63,532 bases of DNA, filler included, from Octopus bimaculoides (GCF_001194135.2; 10 parts of 9 records of this genome joined end to end with filler, not necessarily neighbours in it), one strand, 5' to 3'; shown: positions 37,147 to 50,228, numbered from the whole stretch's first letter. The notes: generated from the sequence alone by a model not told the origin. A program made the numbers and translations.

Positions 37147-37878
37147 TTTTCTCTCTCTCTCTGTCACCCTCTGACACACGCACATAACAGAGAAACAAAC
37201 TAGATAACAAAGAACAATTTTTAAGAATACCGACAACCACTTCCGATCACCACCACCACCATCATCAAAACCAACAACACCCAACAATAACAACAACAGC
37301 CATCGCACATACACTGCCATTCCAAGAACGCATCTGTTTCCTTGCCACACATCGCATTTATATATTTATTCCGAAGATTTGTTTCTTCATTGTAAAACTT
37401 GTCTCTGTGAGGTCGCCAATCACTTTCTCTCTCTTCAACAATCAGTCATCGTCTTAGATTTTTCTTTATGATACAGAAACACAGGTGTCAGAAGTGTTGA
37501 TTTAATATTATCATGTTTTTGTCTTCTTCGTGGTTGTTCTTCAAATTTTTAGAAATATTTTCCTTCGTTATATTTCATCATTTTCTTTTATAAAGACTCT
37601 TTTGGTATATATTTTTAAAGCATTTTTGTAAAATGTTTTTTTTTTTGTGTATTTGTTTTCATGTCTAGTTACAACTCACCGCAAACAGAATTTCTATAAT
37701 TTGTAACAAAAACAACTGCGCGAAAGAAAAAAAAAAAAGAATCGCCACCAGCTTGAAAAAATAAATATGTATAAAATGCATGTTCGTATGACTGTGCGTG
37801 TGCATGTGAGTATCTGCGTGTGCTTGCTAATAAATAGATCCACACATACACATATCTACATAAATATGTGTACATGTT

Positions 37879-37911
<33 letters not shown>

Positions 37912-37957
37912 CACACACACAGACACACAGACACACACACACATGTATAAGTGTGAG

Positions 37958-38240
37958 GAAGCGTAGCTAAGTGGTTAGCGCATTCGGCTAACGATCGTAT
38001 TGTCGTGAGTTCGATTCCTGCCGGAATAAGACATCCTATTTCACGTTGCGCCAATTCATTCAGCTCATAAAAAGTGAGTTGCGGCTGTAGTTCAATTGGC
38101 CAGCCTTGTCTCGCTTAATTTCCCTGGGAACTACGTTAACGGTACACCATGTCTGCGGAGTACTCAGCCACTTGCACGTTAGTTTCACGAGCAGGCTGTT
38201 CCGTTGATCGGATCAATGGAACACTCGCCATCGTAACAAT
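37958..38240 (+). mobile_element. tRNA/CORE-like SINE family C; related copies at 48905-49197, 50230-50480, 27050-27120 (tail), 55280-55380 (minus, head)
   Basis: GAGTTCGATTCC B box and shared tail TTTCACGAGCAGGCTGTTCCGTTGATCGGATCAA...CGTAA. Confidence 0.75.
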
Positions 38241-38289
38241 CAACTTCGTAGAAGTAAGTCTGTATATTCTTTTATCCTTTTATTCTTTT

Positions 38290-38670
38290 ATTTCTTTCAG
38301 TCATTTGACTGCAGCCATGCTGGAGCACCGCCTTTAGTCGAAGAAATCGACCCAACGATTTATTCTTTGTAGGCCTAGTACTTATTCTATCGGGCTCTTT
38401 GCCGAACCGCTAAGTTACGGGGACCTAAACACACAAACACCGGTTGTCAAGTGATGGTGGGGGGACAAACACAGACACACAAACATAAACATATGTACAT
38501 ACATATATATATGACGACGGGCTTCTTTTAGTTTCCGTCTACCAAATCCACTCACAAAGCTTTGGTCGGCCTGAGACTATAGTAGAAGACACTTGCCCAA
38601 AGTGCCACGCAGTGGAACTGAACCCGGAACCATGTGATTTGGAAGCAAGCTACTTACCACACAGCCACTC
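38290..38670 (-). mobile_element. Near full-length SINE family A; further copies at 29733-29860(+), 30177-30385, 36815-36947, 44557-44712(+), 49205-49587, 50510-50925, 55195-55280, 61420-61720, 62066-62795
   Basis: High mutual similarity across all blocks, with an internal (CA)/(TA) microsatellite. Confidence 0.85.
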
Positions 38671-39178
38671 CTACGCCTATACACAACATTNNNNNNNNNN
38701 NNNNNNNNNNNNNNNNNNNNNNNNTTCGCCTTCTCTTCAATTAATCACGGGGAAAGCGTTACAGACGGGCTAAGTAACGGAGGGAAAAAACTTTGCTAAA
38801 AAGAAATTTACACATTTCACTCACCTTTCCCTACCCCTCCCATCCCCTATCTCCCCCTCCCCATCTCTCTCCTCCACTCCACTCCACTCTACTCTCCTCC
38901 CCTCATAAATTTCCAATCCACCCTACGCATCAACTTAAAATATCTTTGATCTCGTTAGGTAAAAAGAAGCATCTCTCTCCCCCCCTCTCTCCCTTACCTC
39001 TTTTGTTTCTCCTTACTACTCAAAACTGGAACAAAATATTGCGTATGAGAGGTGTTCATTGGCTTAAAAGTCCCAACTGGCATCCCACAACGTGTATAAA
39101 CCGTTTGAAATCTAGACATGAAGCACGAAGAATATATATCCAGAGACCCTGGTTCTTTTAACGATACTCTACAAGGAG

Positions 39179-39561
39179 TGGAGGCGCAATGGCCCAATTG
39201 TTAGGGCAGCGGACTCGTGGTCGTAGGATCGCGGTTTCGATTCCCAGACCGGGCGTTGTGAGTGTTTATTGAGTGAAAACACCTAAAGCTCCACGAGGCT
39301 CCGGCATGGGGGATGGTGGCGAACCCTGCTGTACTCTTTCTCCACAACTTTCTCTCACTCTTAGTTCCTGTTTCTGTTGTGCCTGTAACTCAAAGGGTCA
39401 GCCTTGTCACGCTGTGTCACGCTGAATATCCCCGAGAATTACGGTAAGGGTACACGTGTCTGTGGAGTGCTCAGCCACTTGCACGTTAATTTCACGAGCA
39501 GGCTGTTCCGTTGATCGGATCAACTGGAACCGTCGTCGTCGTAAGCGACGGAGTGCCAACA
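39179..39561 (+). mobile_element. Full-length tRNA SINE with a 13-bp TSD; head as in 10641-10949, tail as in family C
   Basis: TSD ACTCTACAAGGAG at 39166-39178 and 39562-39574. Confidence 0.88.
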
Positions 39562-39649
39562 ACTCTACAAGGAGTAAGCTACAAGGTGAGGACTTCCAAC
39601 AAGTTATAATATAGCAAAACGACTCAGTGATGAGAGACGACAATGACAA

Positions 39650-40372
39650 CGATAACAAGAATGACGACGGCGAGAAGACGAGAACGACGACGCCGATGAC
39701 AATGACGACGACGTCGATGGTGATGACGACGATGACGTCGATGATGATGACGACGATGACGTCGATGACAATGACGACGACGTCGATGATGATGACGACG
39801 ATGACGTNNNNNNNNNNACGTCGATGATGATGACGACGATGACGTCGATGACAATGACGACGACGTCGATGATGATGACGACGATGACGTCGATGATGAT
39901 GACGGCGATGTCGATGATGATGACGACGATGACGTCGATGATGATGACGACGATGACGTCGATGACAATGACGACGACGTCGATGATGATGACGACGATG
40001 ACGTCGATGATGATGCNNNNNNNNNNNNNNNNNNNNNNNNNNNNNNNNNNNNNNNNNNNNNNNNNNNNNNNNNNNNNNNNNNNNNNNNNNNNNNNNNNNN
40101 NNNNNNNNNNNNNNNNNNNNNNNNNNNNNNNNNNNNNNNNNNNNNNNNNNNNNNNNNNNNNNNNNNNNNNNNNNNNNNNNNNNNNNNNNNNNNNNNNNNN
40201 NNNNNNNNNNNNNNNNNNNNNNNNNGATGATGACGACGATGACGTCGATGATGATGACGACGACGTCGATGATGATGACGACGATGACGTCGATGATGAT
40301 GACGACGATGACGTCGATGACAATGACGACGACGTCGATGATGATGACGACGATGACGTCGATGATGATGCT
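39650..40372. repeat. Compound (GAT/GAC) minisatellite, unit about 24 bp GACGACGATGACGTCGATGATGAT, spanning gaps
   Basis: Direct reading; GACGTC recurs every 21-24 bp. Confidence 0.9.
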
Positions 40373-40955
40373 TAGTTCAAATTTGACCTAACAGAGATCA
40401 GTGGTCAAAGACTTTCACCAGATGGGCGTTAGGATGATACACGGGTGAGATTTGTCTGCTATTTCTAGCAGGTTGTGTAACCACGTAGAACTTCCTTTCG
40501 TCGGCTCGACGATGGTAGTCGTGGTGGTGGTGGTGGTGCTGATGCTGCTGCTGATGATGATGATGATGACGATGATGAAGATGATGTTGGTGGTACTGGC
40601 GGTGCTAGTAGTGGTGCTAGTGGTGGTACTGCTGCTGATGCTTGTAGTGACGACGACGACGACGATGATGATAGAATTGTAAATGTAAAGAGAAGCAATG
40701 ACGCGTACGGACGAATTCATTAGATTTATTTGCCTGATTTTATATGGGGAAACTAATTTGTGAAATAATTACTTCGCAATCAGTGAAAGAACTTATGGCT
40801 TATTGAACTTGCGTGGGAGAAGGAATAAAATAGCATTGACTAAAGTACAAGAAATGGTAAAGTACAAAAAACTAGTAAAGTTCAAGATAATATGATGCAA
40901 CTGAGCAAGCAGTAGGATTTACTTACGGGGACTGAGCTATTTCTTGAGTTCTGTG

Positions 40956-41445
40956 TAAGCTTCTTCTGGCAACTATAAACTTTCTCCAGCGATTATAAGC
41001 TTCCTCAAGCGACTATAAGCTTCCTCCAGTGATTATATGCTTCCTCTAACGATTATAAGCTTTCTCCAGCGATTATAAGCTTCCTCCAGTGATTATAAGT
41101 TTCTTCCAGCAACTATAAGCTTCCTCCAGCGACTATACGCTTTCTCCAGGGATTATAAGCGTCCACCAGCGATTATAAGCTTCTTCCAGCGACTATAAGA
41201 TTCCTCCAGCGACTATACGCTTTCTCCAGCGATTATAAGCTTCTTTCAGTAATTATAAGCTTCCTCCAGCGACTATAATCTTCTTCCAGCGATTAGAAGC
41301 TTCCTCAAGCGACTACAAGGTTCCTCCAGCGATTATATGCTTCTTCTAATGATCATAAGCTTCCTCCAGCGATCATAAGCTTCTTCCAGCGACTATAAGG
41401 TTCCTCCAGCGACTATACACTTTCTTCAGCGATTATAAGCTTCCA
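40956..41445. repeat. 20-bp minisatellite, about 24 copies (GCGATTATAAGCTTCCTCCA)
   Basis: Head-to-tail units with point variants and no spacers. Confidence 0.95.
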
Positions 41446-41921
41446 CCGGTATGGTCCATCTGCCGTAATGCACACGCACATACACACCTGCTAAATAAAC
41501 ATAGCACGTTCTGTGCCAGATAAGTCTTAATTAGTCATGGTGAAGTGCTTTTCAGCAACAGTGGTCATCTAATGACCACAGATGTCATAAAAGGTTTGGA
41601 GCTATGACAAGTGGTGAAAGAACAAATGGAAAGAACAGCAGTGAGTAGTCGCTGCAGCGGAAACACGTGTAGGTCAATATAATATACTGCATATAACTAT
41701 AAAATAGATTTTGTGAATGTACAAATCTCCATATTCTTTATTATTATAAATATTAATATATACCCCAGACAGATTTTACCGTCCAGCGAAGAGTGCACGG
41801 AATTACTCATCAGAAGAATTCACGGAACGACTAACAACTAAATGTAGACACAGACGTTAGATACTGATCGTTGTGGTTAGCCGTTAACTGGAACTTACCT
41901 GAGAGCTAATACGGTATCCGT

Positions 41922-41995
<74 letters not shown>

Positions 41996-42047
41996 GCATA
42001 TATATATATATATATATGAGAGAGGCAGACTGACAAACAGATAGACC

Positions 42048-42090
<43 letters not shown>

Positions 42091-42562
42091 TGTGTGTATG
42101 GTGCTCTGTGGTGTTGTAGTGTGATGTGAGGCGATGAAGTGTAATAATGTGTAATGGTAAGCGTTGTTAGCAGAAATGCCTGGCAAACAGATGATTAGTT
42201 GCTGTCAGGATGCTGGACATTATTTTCCGTCTTGATTTATTATTACGAAGTATAGACCACATAATTAGCTAATATTTGTAATTTATTCACATACACGTTC
42301 ACATTATATGTTTCATACGTGCGTGTGTGTGTGTGTGTGTCTGTGTGTGTGTGTGTGTGTGTGCGTGTGTGTGTTGGTGTCGGAGGTCAACAAACTAAAT
42401 ACTGGGGTCGATATAATCGACTAAAACCCTTGAAGGCGATGACCCAATATGGCCGCAGTCCAATGAAAGCAGTAAATGAATAAAAGAATACACACACACA
42501 CATATATACATACATAAAAATATGCATACACACATACACAGATTCGTATATATATATGTATA

Positions 42563-42603
<41 letters not shown>

Positions 42604-42881
42604 ATATACACTTATAAATATTCATCGATATATACATATGATGTATGCATACGTGAGTATGTGAAGTTGTGTGTGCTATGTGCGTATATGTGTTTTTATG
42701 TATATTTATACACACACGCACATATATATATATATCAATATATGCATATACATATATATATCACATATACATACATATGTATGTATACATATCTTTGTGT
42801 ATATATACATATACATACATACATACATACATATATATATATACATGTATATACATGTACATATATATGTGTTTGTGTATG

Positions 42882-42951
<70 letters not shown>

Positions 42952-43460
42952 TGCATGTATGTATGTATGTATGTATTATATGTGTCTGTGTTTAATATAA
43001 ATATATAGGGACACGGTAAACGTTGAATAAAATATTATCTGATATAGGACTCAATACGAAATGTAGTGTTCAATATATACACACATATTTCTCCTAGTCG
43101 TAACTAATCGAGACAGTTCCATTAATATTCACCGAAATCTCGCCTCATCAAGTGTAAACGAGCCGGGCACAGGGACATCTTATATTGTGATTGTCACAAT
43201 TTCATGTGACATGATAAATTTCTATTCAACGCAGGCATATACACTCCGCTCAGTACATGTACATATACACTAACGGGTATGCATAGGTATCTATATACAA
43301 GAGTACAAGCATGCTTTTAAGTGTTTATATATACATATCTATACACACATAAATGTATGCATTCATATATGCGTGTGTATAAGCACACATGCACGCATAT
43401 ATTTATACATTCACTCGCATTTATATGCATACACGTATGATATACATATATACATATATA

Positions 43461-43492
<32 letters not shown>

Positions 43493-43745
43493 CGCACACA
43501 TATACATATATATGCATATACATATATATGCATATACATATATATATATATATATATGTGTGTGTGTATGCATGCATATATATCTAGGTATGTATGCATA
43601 TATATATGCATATATGTATGTATATATATAAATATGTATATATACATATATATATATGTGCATGTACGCATATATATGTATATGTATACATATATATGTA
43701 TGTATATATATAAGTATATGCATGTATGTGTGTGTGTGTGTGTGC

Positions 43746-43790
<45 letters not shown>

Positions 43791-44728
43791 TGTGCCTTTT
43801 CTGTGACCCTTTGATTAAGTATCGCTAAAAGACATTTTTTTTTCTTTTCGCTTAATCATTATTTCTTTGGTAGTGAAACGATTCTGACAGGAAGAAAATA
43901 TGTTTCCACATGAAAGTAATTTTCGCTATGGAATAAGTTGGCGGGGTATATGATAAGGGTGGTTAGTTAAGAAATCTATAAATAAACGTGTTACAATCTC
44001 ATTGCTGTAATCTTTTAGCTGCCTTGCTAACGAAACCAACCAAATTATCGAACTGTGTCGCAGAAGTTGATTAGATCGAACACGTAAAAACCAGACGGAA
44101 CAATAGTCTTCTGGCGATTGTATTTGATTATCACCGAAACCTAAGACAGCTACACTAAAATATGCTCGACTGTGTGAGTGTGTTTTGTTGCTGTCATTCT
44201 TTTTTTTTTTTTTGTCATCGTTTGGTGAAGAACCGTTGTCTTATTCTTTAGATTCTAATGTACTGGATGGTAATTGGCGCTCAGAACTGTACAGCACCCT
44301 GTCCGTGAGTCCCCAACAACTAATGGCGTCGTAGGAGCGCTGTCGTGACATTGAGCTTGTCTTAGATATTTTGACCCTTTAGCACTTAAACTGGCCATAT
44401 CCAGCCCAAATATTCTAACATCAGAATGTTCAAACAAGCTAGAACTGGCTTCTCACACTTATCCTACAATGTCATTCTAAAAAGAAACAATCACATCATC
44501 GAAATCTTGAAGCTACAAGATAATGTGGAATTAATTCAAAACAATGTGAGGGAACAGGTTTGGCTGTGTGATAACAAGCTTGTTTCCAACCACATGGTTC
44601 AGGGTTCAGACCCACTGTGTAGCACATTGGGCAATTGTCTTCTACTGTAGCCCCAGGCCGACCAAAGCCTTATGAGTGGATTTGGTAGACAGAAACTGAA
44701 AGAAGCCCGTTGTAAATATACATTTATA

Positions 44729-44780
<52 letters not shown>

Positions 44781-44783
<3 letters not shown>

Positions 44784-45360
44784 GAGGGTATTTCGCCATA
44801 ACATATCTTTATTATTGTCACACTGCATTCTGCGCATGCGTGCATATAGTTGGTACTAGTGTGGTCATGTGATCGAAGTTTGAGCTTGATCGCGCCATTT
44901 TTCTTTCTAGCTTTACAGTGTATGTATGGCCGCTCCACTAGCAATGTGCACCAAAGAAGAACAAAAAGCAGTGATCCAAGATATGGTAATGGTGAACCAG
45001 TTCACCATTACCATCTCTCGAGCTTGCTGAATTTTCTCGTCAGTGGTGGAGGTTGACAGGCGCCCTGCTCCCTTTGCGTGCGCCACGCTTGTCCGGCCAC
45101 TTTTAGACTTCTCGACCCACTCATACACACTTCTACACGATAGTGCATTATCCTCGTATTGTGCTAAAAACCTCCGATGAATTTCAGCACCTAACGTATC
45201 TTCCGACCAGAGAAATTGGATCACTGCTCTTTTGTTCTTCTTTGCCGCACATTGTTAGTGGAGCGGTCATGCTTGCACTGTAAATCTAGAAAGAAAAATG
45301 GCGCTATCAGGCTCAAACTTCGATCATGTGACCACAAAAGTACCGACTATAAGCACGCCT
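44781..45360. mobile_element. Mariner-derived element with an inverted duplication of its 5' region
   Basis: TACGAGGG terminus. Arms 44852-44979 and 45216-45344 are inverted. The minus frame encodes a mariner N-terminus (...GAEIHRRFLAQYEDNALSCRSVYEWVEKSKSGRTSV...). Confidence 0.85.
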
Positions 45361-45374
45361 GCTCCGGCGGAGAC

Positions 45375-45530
45375 CAGTAGCGTAACTAGAGTGTAGCCAT
45401 CCGTGGCAACCCTCGAGTTTTCCACCAAACCCCATCAAGGCTAGTCTCCAAAATGCCACGTCCATAAAAGCGTCGTCCGAGTAGAACCACTCTCCTCGAC
45501 ACCCACCTCCACCCTACAGCTGTGCCACTG
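45375..45530. mobile_element. Possible small hAT-like MITE (degenerate CAGTAGCG...GCCACTG termini)
   Basis: Termini resemble CAGTGGCGTAGCTAG-type TIRs; no TSD seen. Confidence 0.35.
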
Positions 45531-46340
45531 GTCTGAGCCTATCTTATTCTAGGCCTGAAGGGTTCTTGTAATCATTTGAAGGAGATGCACACTGGAATGG
45601 CCTCCGATCACCGTCTTTCTATGCTTGCAAAGAGGACTAGGTAACGATTTAACGAAACGAGCGCCTTTCGTCTAAGTAACAAGGAATGGGGGTTACTGTT
45701 TGGTCGATGACCATTTGAGACAGAGAAAGACTGAGACAGAGGAAGAGTGAGACAGAGAAAGAGTGAAGCAGAGAAAGAGTGAGAGAAACATTACAATTGT
45801 TTATTAATTGAACACGAATGATATAAACACTTTTCTCGCGCACGTAAAGAAAAAATATGCTCACACACATAAAACACAAAGCAAGTGGGGGAGAAAGAAT
45901 GGTGAGAGAGAGAGAGGGGGGGAGAGAGAGAGCACAGAGGGAGAGAGGGAGAGGAGAACAAGAGAAATGTTAAAAGTCTAATGTCAAGTAACTCAGAGTT
46001 AAATCAGTGACGCCTAATAGGCAGCGCCAAAACAGCTGTGCCGAAACGTCCCGTAGCAGCATCGGTTAGAGCAGTGAACAACGTGCCTTATTATGTGATA
46101 AATTCTCTGAATTCATTTTAACCCAGTCGTTCAGTATCTTGGTCCCATTCACATTACTATTAATGACGTTGATTAATAAACCTGTAACTACATACCTGGT
46201 CACCTATCTCCCTATAACTCCTTATATTTATTATGTAGGCTTCAGAAAGACGGAAGGTAAATCTTTACTCTTTTGGGACGTGAATTTTGAACGTAAACTG
46301 ATGCAAGTATAGATTCAATCACTCATTTTAACAACAAGAA

Positions 46341-46695
46341 CAACAATAATAATAATCCTTTCTACTGTGAGCACAACCTTGAAATTTTGGGGGAGAGGTT
46401 GTCGATTACATCGACCCCTGTACTCAACTGGTATTTATTTTTAAAGTTGACATGACCGAGATTTGAACTCAGAACACAAAAGATCGGAAGAAATACCACT
46501 AAGCATTTTGCCCGGCGTACTAACGATTCTTTCTTTTCTAGGCACAAGGCCCGAAATTTGATGGGAGGGGTCAGTCGATTAGATCGACCGCATGCGCAGT
46601 TGGTACTTAATTCATCGACCCCGAAAGGATGAAAGGCAAAGTCGACCTCGGCGGAATTTGAACTCAGAACATAATTCTCCCAGCTCGCTGCCATA
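46341..46695 (-). mobile_element. Two tandem SINE family B copies; another at 47120-47265
   Basis: Reverse complement of 34960-35170. Confidence 0.75.
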
Positions 46696-46706
46696 ATAAC
46701 GGTTTC

Positions 46707-47091
46707 GGATCTTGTTCAAAACGAGGGCACCAGTTTTCATTTATGTTTTATGTAGTGTTTTTGGTACCGAAAGACTTTCAAACTTCGTATACTTATCTAT
46801 TTTGTGTTATAGAACACAAAAAAATTTTTGTATTCGAATTTATTTCATGTCACAGGGAATAACATTTTTATGACCGGTCAGCAGTAACTCTATTCAGCTG
46901 AATAGACGTCAGTGATTGGTTGAAATTACAGAAATACGACAACTTTAAGATGAAATAACTTGCGATGTACGTTTTTTTTTGTTAAGAAGACTAAGAGAAA
47001 AAGATGTTTTATATTACACATTCTACCAGTGTCCCAAGTTTCAAAGTGTTTCGTTAAGAAAATACTGGTGCCCCCGTTTTGAACAAGATCC
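46707..47091. mobile_element. 385-bp non-autonomous DNA transposon with 28-bp TIRs and an 8-bp TSD; Merlin-like (GG...CC termini)
   Basis: TIR GGATCTTGTTCAAAACGAGGGCACCAGT / ACTGGTGCCCCCGTTTTGAACAAGATCC (1 mismatch). TSD ACGGTTTC at 46699-46706 and 47092-47099. Confidence 0.88.
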
Positions 47092-50000
47092 ACGGTTTCT
47101 AATTCTGGTGCAGAGTCAGCTAGTTTGAGAGAAGAGGGAAGTCGATTACGTTGATCGAATGAAAGGCAAAGCTGACGTTAGCGAGATTTGAACTCAGAAC
47201 GTAAAGACGGATGTAATGCCTCTAAGCATTTTGTCCGGCGTGCTAATGATTCTGTCTGCTCGCCGCTTTCCTTAATATTGATATTTCTTTATAATATGTG
47301 TAACAAAGGCACAAGGCCTAAAATTTTGACTAACACGATAATGCGATAGTACACACTCATACACACACACACACACACACACACAGAGGTAGTTACTGGC
47401 TGGCACTGTCGGAGGAAATTGCGGCGAGCTGGCTTCTTAAGACAGACAGCAACGAAAAGATAGCAATGTGATTGCAACATGTTTATTTATAGATTTGTTT
47501 TATCCTCAAGACTGGACTCGCAGCAGACTTGATAACGAAATGATAAAACAGTAGCAGCAGCAGCAGCAGCAGCTGTGTAGCTCCACGTGAGTACTTCTAC
47601 GTCGTTGTTCGACCTACAAGAAATAACAGCCAAAACCCCCACACCGTTTCTGAATCATTTCTCCATTGTCTTCGAAATCAGATTGAGAGGTTAGATGGTG
47701 TTGGTGTCCGAAATAAGTCAATGTCTTTATTCACCATATAAGGTTAAGAAAAAGAGGGGACGATACGAGGACAGAAAAAACAAATATTTTTAATATATAC
47801 AATCAAAGGCAAATGAATGATTAACAAACCACTTCTCACATTGAAGACTTTGTTTCTCCCTTTTTTTGTTCTCCTTTAAACAGGTTCTTTCACTCGCAAC
47901 GGACTTCCATCTTTTACGAAACACACTTTGCGACAGGCATTTCTTCTCCAACCTTATTTTTCGTTTCATGTGGAAAACGAAAATGTCAGTTAACCNNNNN
48001 NNNNNNNNNNNNNNNNNNNNNNNNNNNNNNNNNNNNNNNNNNNNNNNNNNNNNNNNNNNNNNNNNNNNNNNNNNNNNNNNNNNNNNNNNNNNNNNNNNNN
48101 NNNNNNNNNNNNNNNNNNNNNNNNNNNNNNNNNNNNNNNNNNNNNNNNNNNNNNNNNNNNNNNNNNNNNNNNNNNNNNNNNNNNNNNNNNNNNNNNNNNN
48201 NNNNNNNNNNNNNNNNNNNNNNNNNNNNNNNNNNNNNNNNNNNNNNNNNNNNNNNNNNNNNNNNNNNNNNNNNNNNNNNNNNNNNNNNNNNNNNNNNNNN
48301 NNNNNNNNNNNNNNNNNNNNNNNNNNNNNNNNNNNNNNNNNNNNNNNNNNNNNNNNNNNNNNNNNNNNNNNNNNNNNNNNNNNNNNNNNNNNNNNNNNNN
48401 NNNNNNNNNNNNNNNNNNNNNNNNNNNNNNNNNNNNNNNNNNNNNNNNNNNNNNNNNNNNNNNNNNNNNNNNNNNNNNNNNNNNNNNNNNNNNNNNNNNN
48501 NNNNNNNNNNNNNNNNNNNNNNNNNNNNNNNNNNNNNNNNNNNNNNNNNNNNNNNNNNNNNNNNNNNNNNNGTCATTCGTGACCCAAGGAGGTCTTAACT
48601 CTTTTTTTTCTATTTTTTTTTGTATTTTACCACTGCTGTAAATGCTTTTGTTCAACTCGTACTTACCTGATACTAAACAAAGTAATTACTAACAAGAGCA
48701 CTCAGAGAGCGCAAACTTCCGCCAAGGCAACACCAACGTCCTCTCAACGATTAGCCAGAGATGATTTTTAAAATGAGAGAAGTGCCATCCTTTTAAAGGT
48801 GCCACCCGGGACGGGCCGCCCCTACTTTCCCCTCCCCTAGTTACGCTTTGTGTTGATTTGTTCAACCAATCCTACAAGGTGGTGTCTCATCATGGCCGTT
48901 GTCTAGAGACTGGCTGGTGAGAGCGTGTCGCTTAGTGATTAGGTCGTGAGTTCGATTCCCAGCGACGCTTTGTGTCCTCGAGCAAAACACTTTATTTCAC
49001 AATTCTCCAATTTACTCAGCTAGCCAAAAAAAAAAAAAAAGGGATCAGCCTTGTCGTATTCTGTGTCAAGCTGAGTCTCCCTGAGAAGTAATTTAAAGAT
49101 AAATCTACGGAGTGCTCAACCACTTGCATGTTAATTTCACGAGTAAGTTGTTCCGTTGATTGGATCAACGGAACCCTCGTCGTCGTAACCGATGGAATAC
49201 TCTCTTTTACTTGTTTCAGTCATTTGACTGCGGCCATGCTGGAGCACCGCCTTTAGTCGAGCAAATCGACCCCAGGACTTATTCTTTGTAAGCCTAGTAC
49301 TTATTCTAACGGTCTCTTTTGCAGAACCGCTATGTTACGGAGACGCAAACACACCACCGTCGGTTGTCAAGCGATGTTGGGGGGCAAACAGACACACAAA
49401 CATATACACACACATACATATATACATACATATATACGACAGGCTTCTTTCAGTTTCCGTCTACCAAATCCACTCACAAGGTTTTGGTTGGCCCGAGGCT
49501 ATAGTAGAAGACACTTGCCCAAGGTGCCACGCAGTGGGACTGAACCCAGAACCATGTGGTTGGTAAGCAAGCTACTCACCACATAGCCTTTTTTCATGTT
49601 TATTTATTTATTTAATTTTTGTCTATGACTGAAACAAGTAAAAGAAAAAAAAACGTAAATTAAATCAAATCATAAAAAGAAAAGAATTATAAGGAATGGN
49701 NNNNNNNNNNNNNNNNNNNNNNNNNNNNNNNNNNNNNNNNNNNNNNNNNNNNNNNNNNNNNNNNNNNNNNNNNNNNNNNNNNNNNNNNNNNNNNNNNNNN
49801 NNNNNNNNNNNNNNNNNNNNNNNNNNNNNNNNNNNNNNNNNNNNNNNNNNNNNNNNNNNNNNNNNNNNNNNNNNNNNNNNNNNNNNNNNNNNNNNNNNNN
49901 NNNNNNNNNNNNNNNNNNNNNNNNNNNNNNNNNNNNNNNNNNNNNNNNNNNNNNNNNNNNNNNNNNNNNNNNNNNNNNNNNNNNNNNNNNNNNNNNNNNN

Positions 50001-50179
50001 NNNNNNNNNNNNNNNNNNNNNNNNNNNNNNNNNNNNNNNNNNNNNNNNNNNNNNNNNNNNNNNNNNNNNNNNNNNNNNNNNNNNNNNNNNNNNNNNNNNN
50101 NNNNNNNNNNNNNNNNNNNNNNNNNNNNNNNNNNNNNNNNNNNNNNNNNNNNNNNNNNNNNNNNNNNNNNNNNNNNNNN

Positions 50180-50228
<49 letters not shown>

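Noticed and set aside
39604-40375. Poly-Asp/Ser/Thr-Met ORFs that look like an acidic biomineralisation protein
   Set aside because: All frames on both strands are equally open, as expected of a trinucleotide repeat. There is no start context or splice sites, and it spans gaps.
40956-41445. Regular short repeats resembling a CRISPR array
   Set aside because: The units are head-to-tail with no unique spacers, the context is eukaryotic, and there are no cas genes.
45375-48850. Possible 3.5-kb hAT element from CAGTAGCGTAACTAG (45375) to CTAGTTACGCT (about 48838)
   Set aside because: There is no TSD and no transposase between the ends, and the left end has a nearer candidate partner at about 45530. 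These are probably independent MITE fragments.
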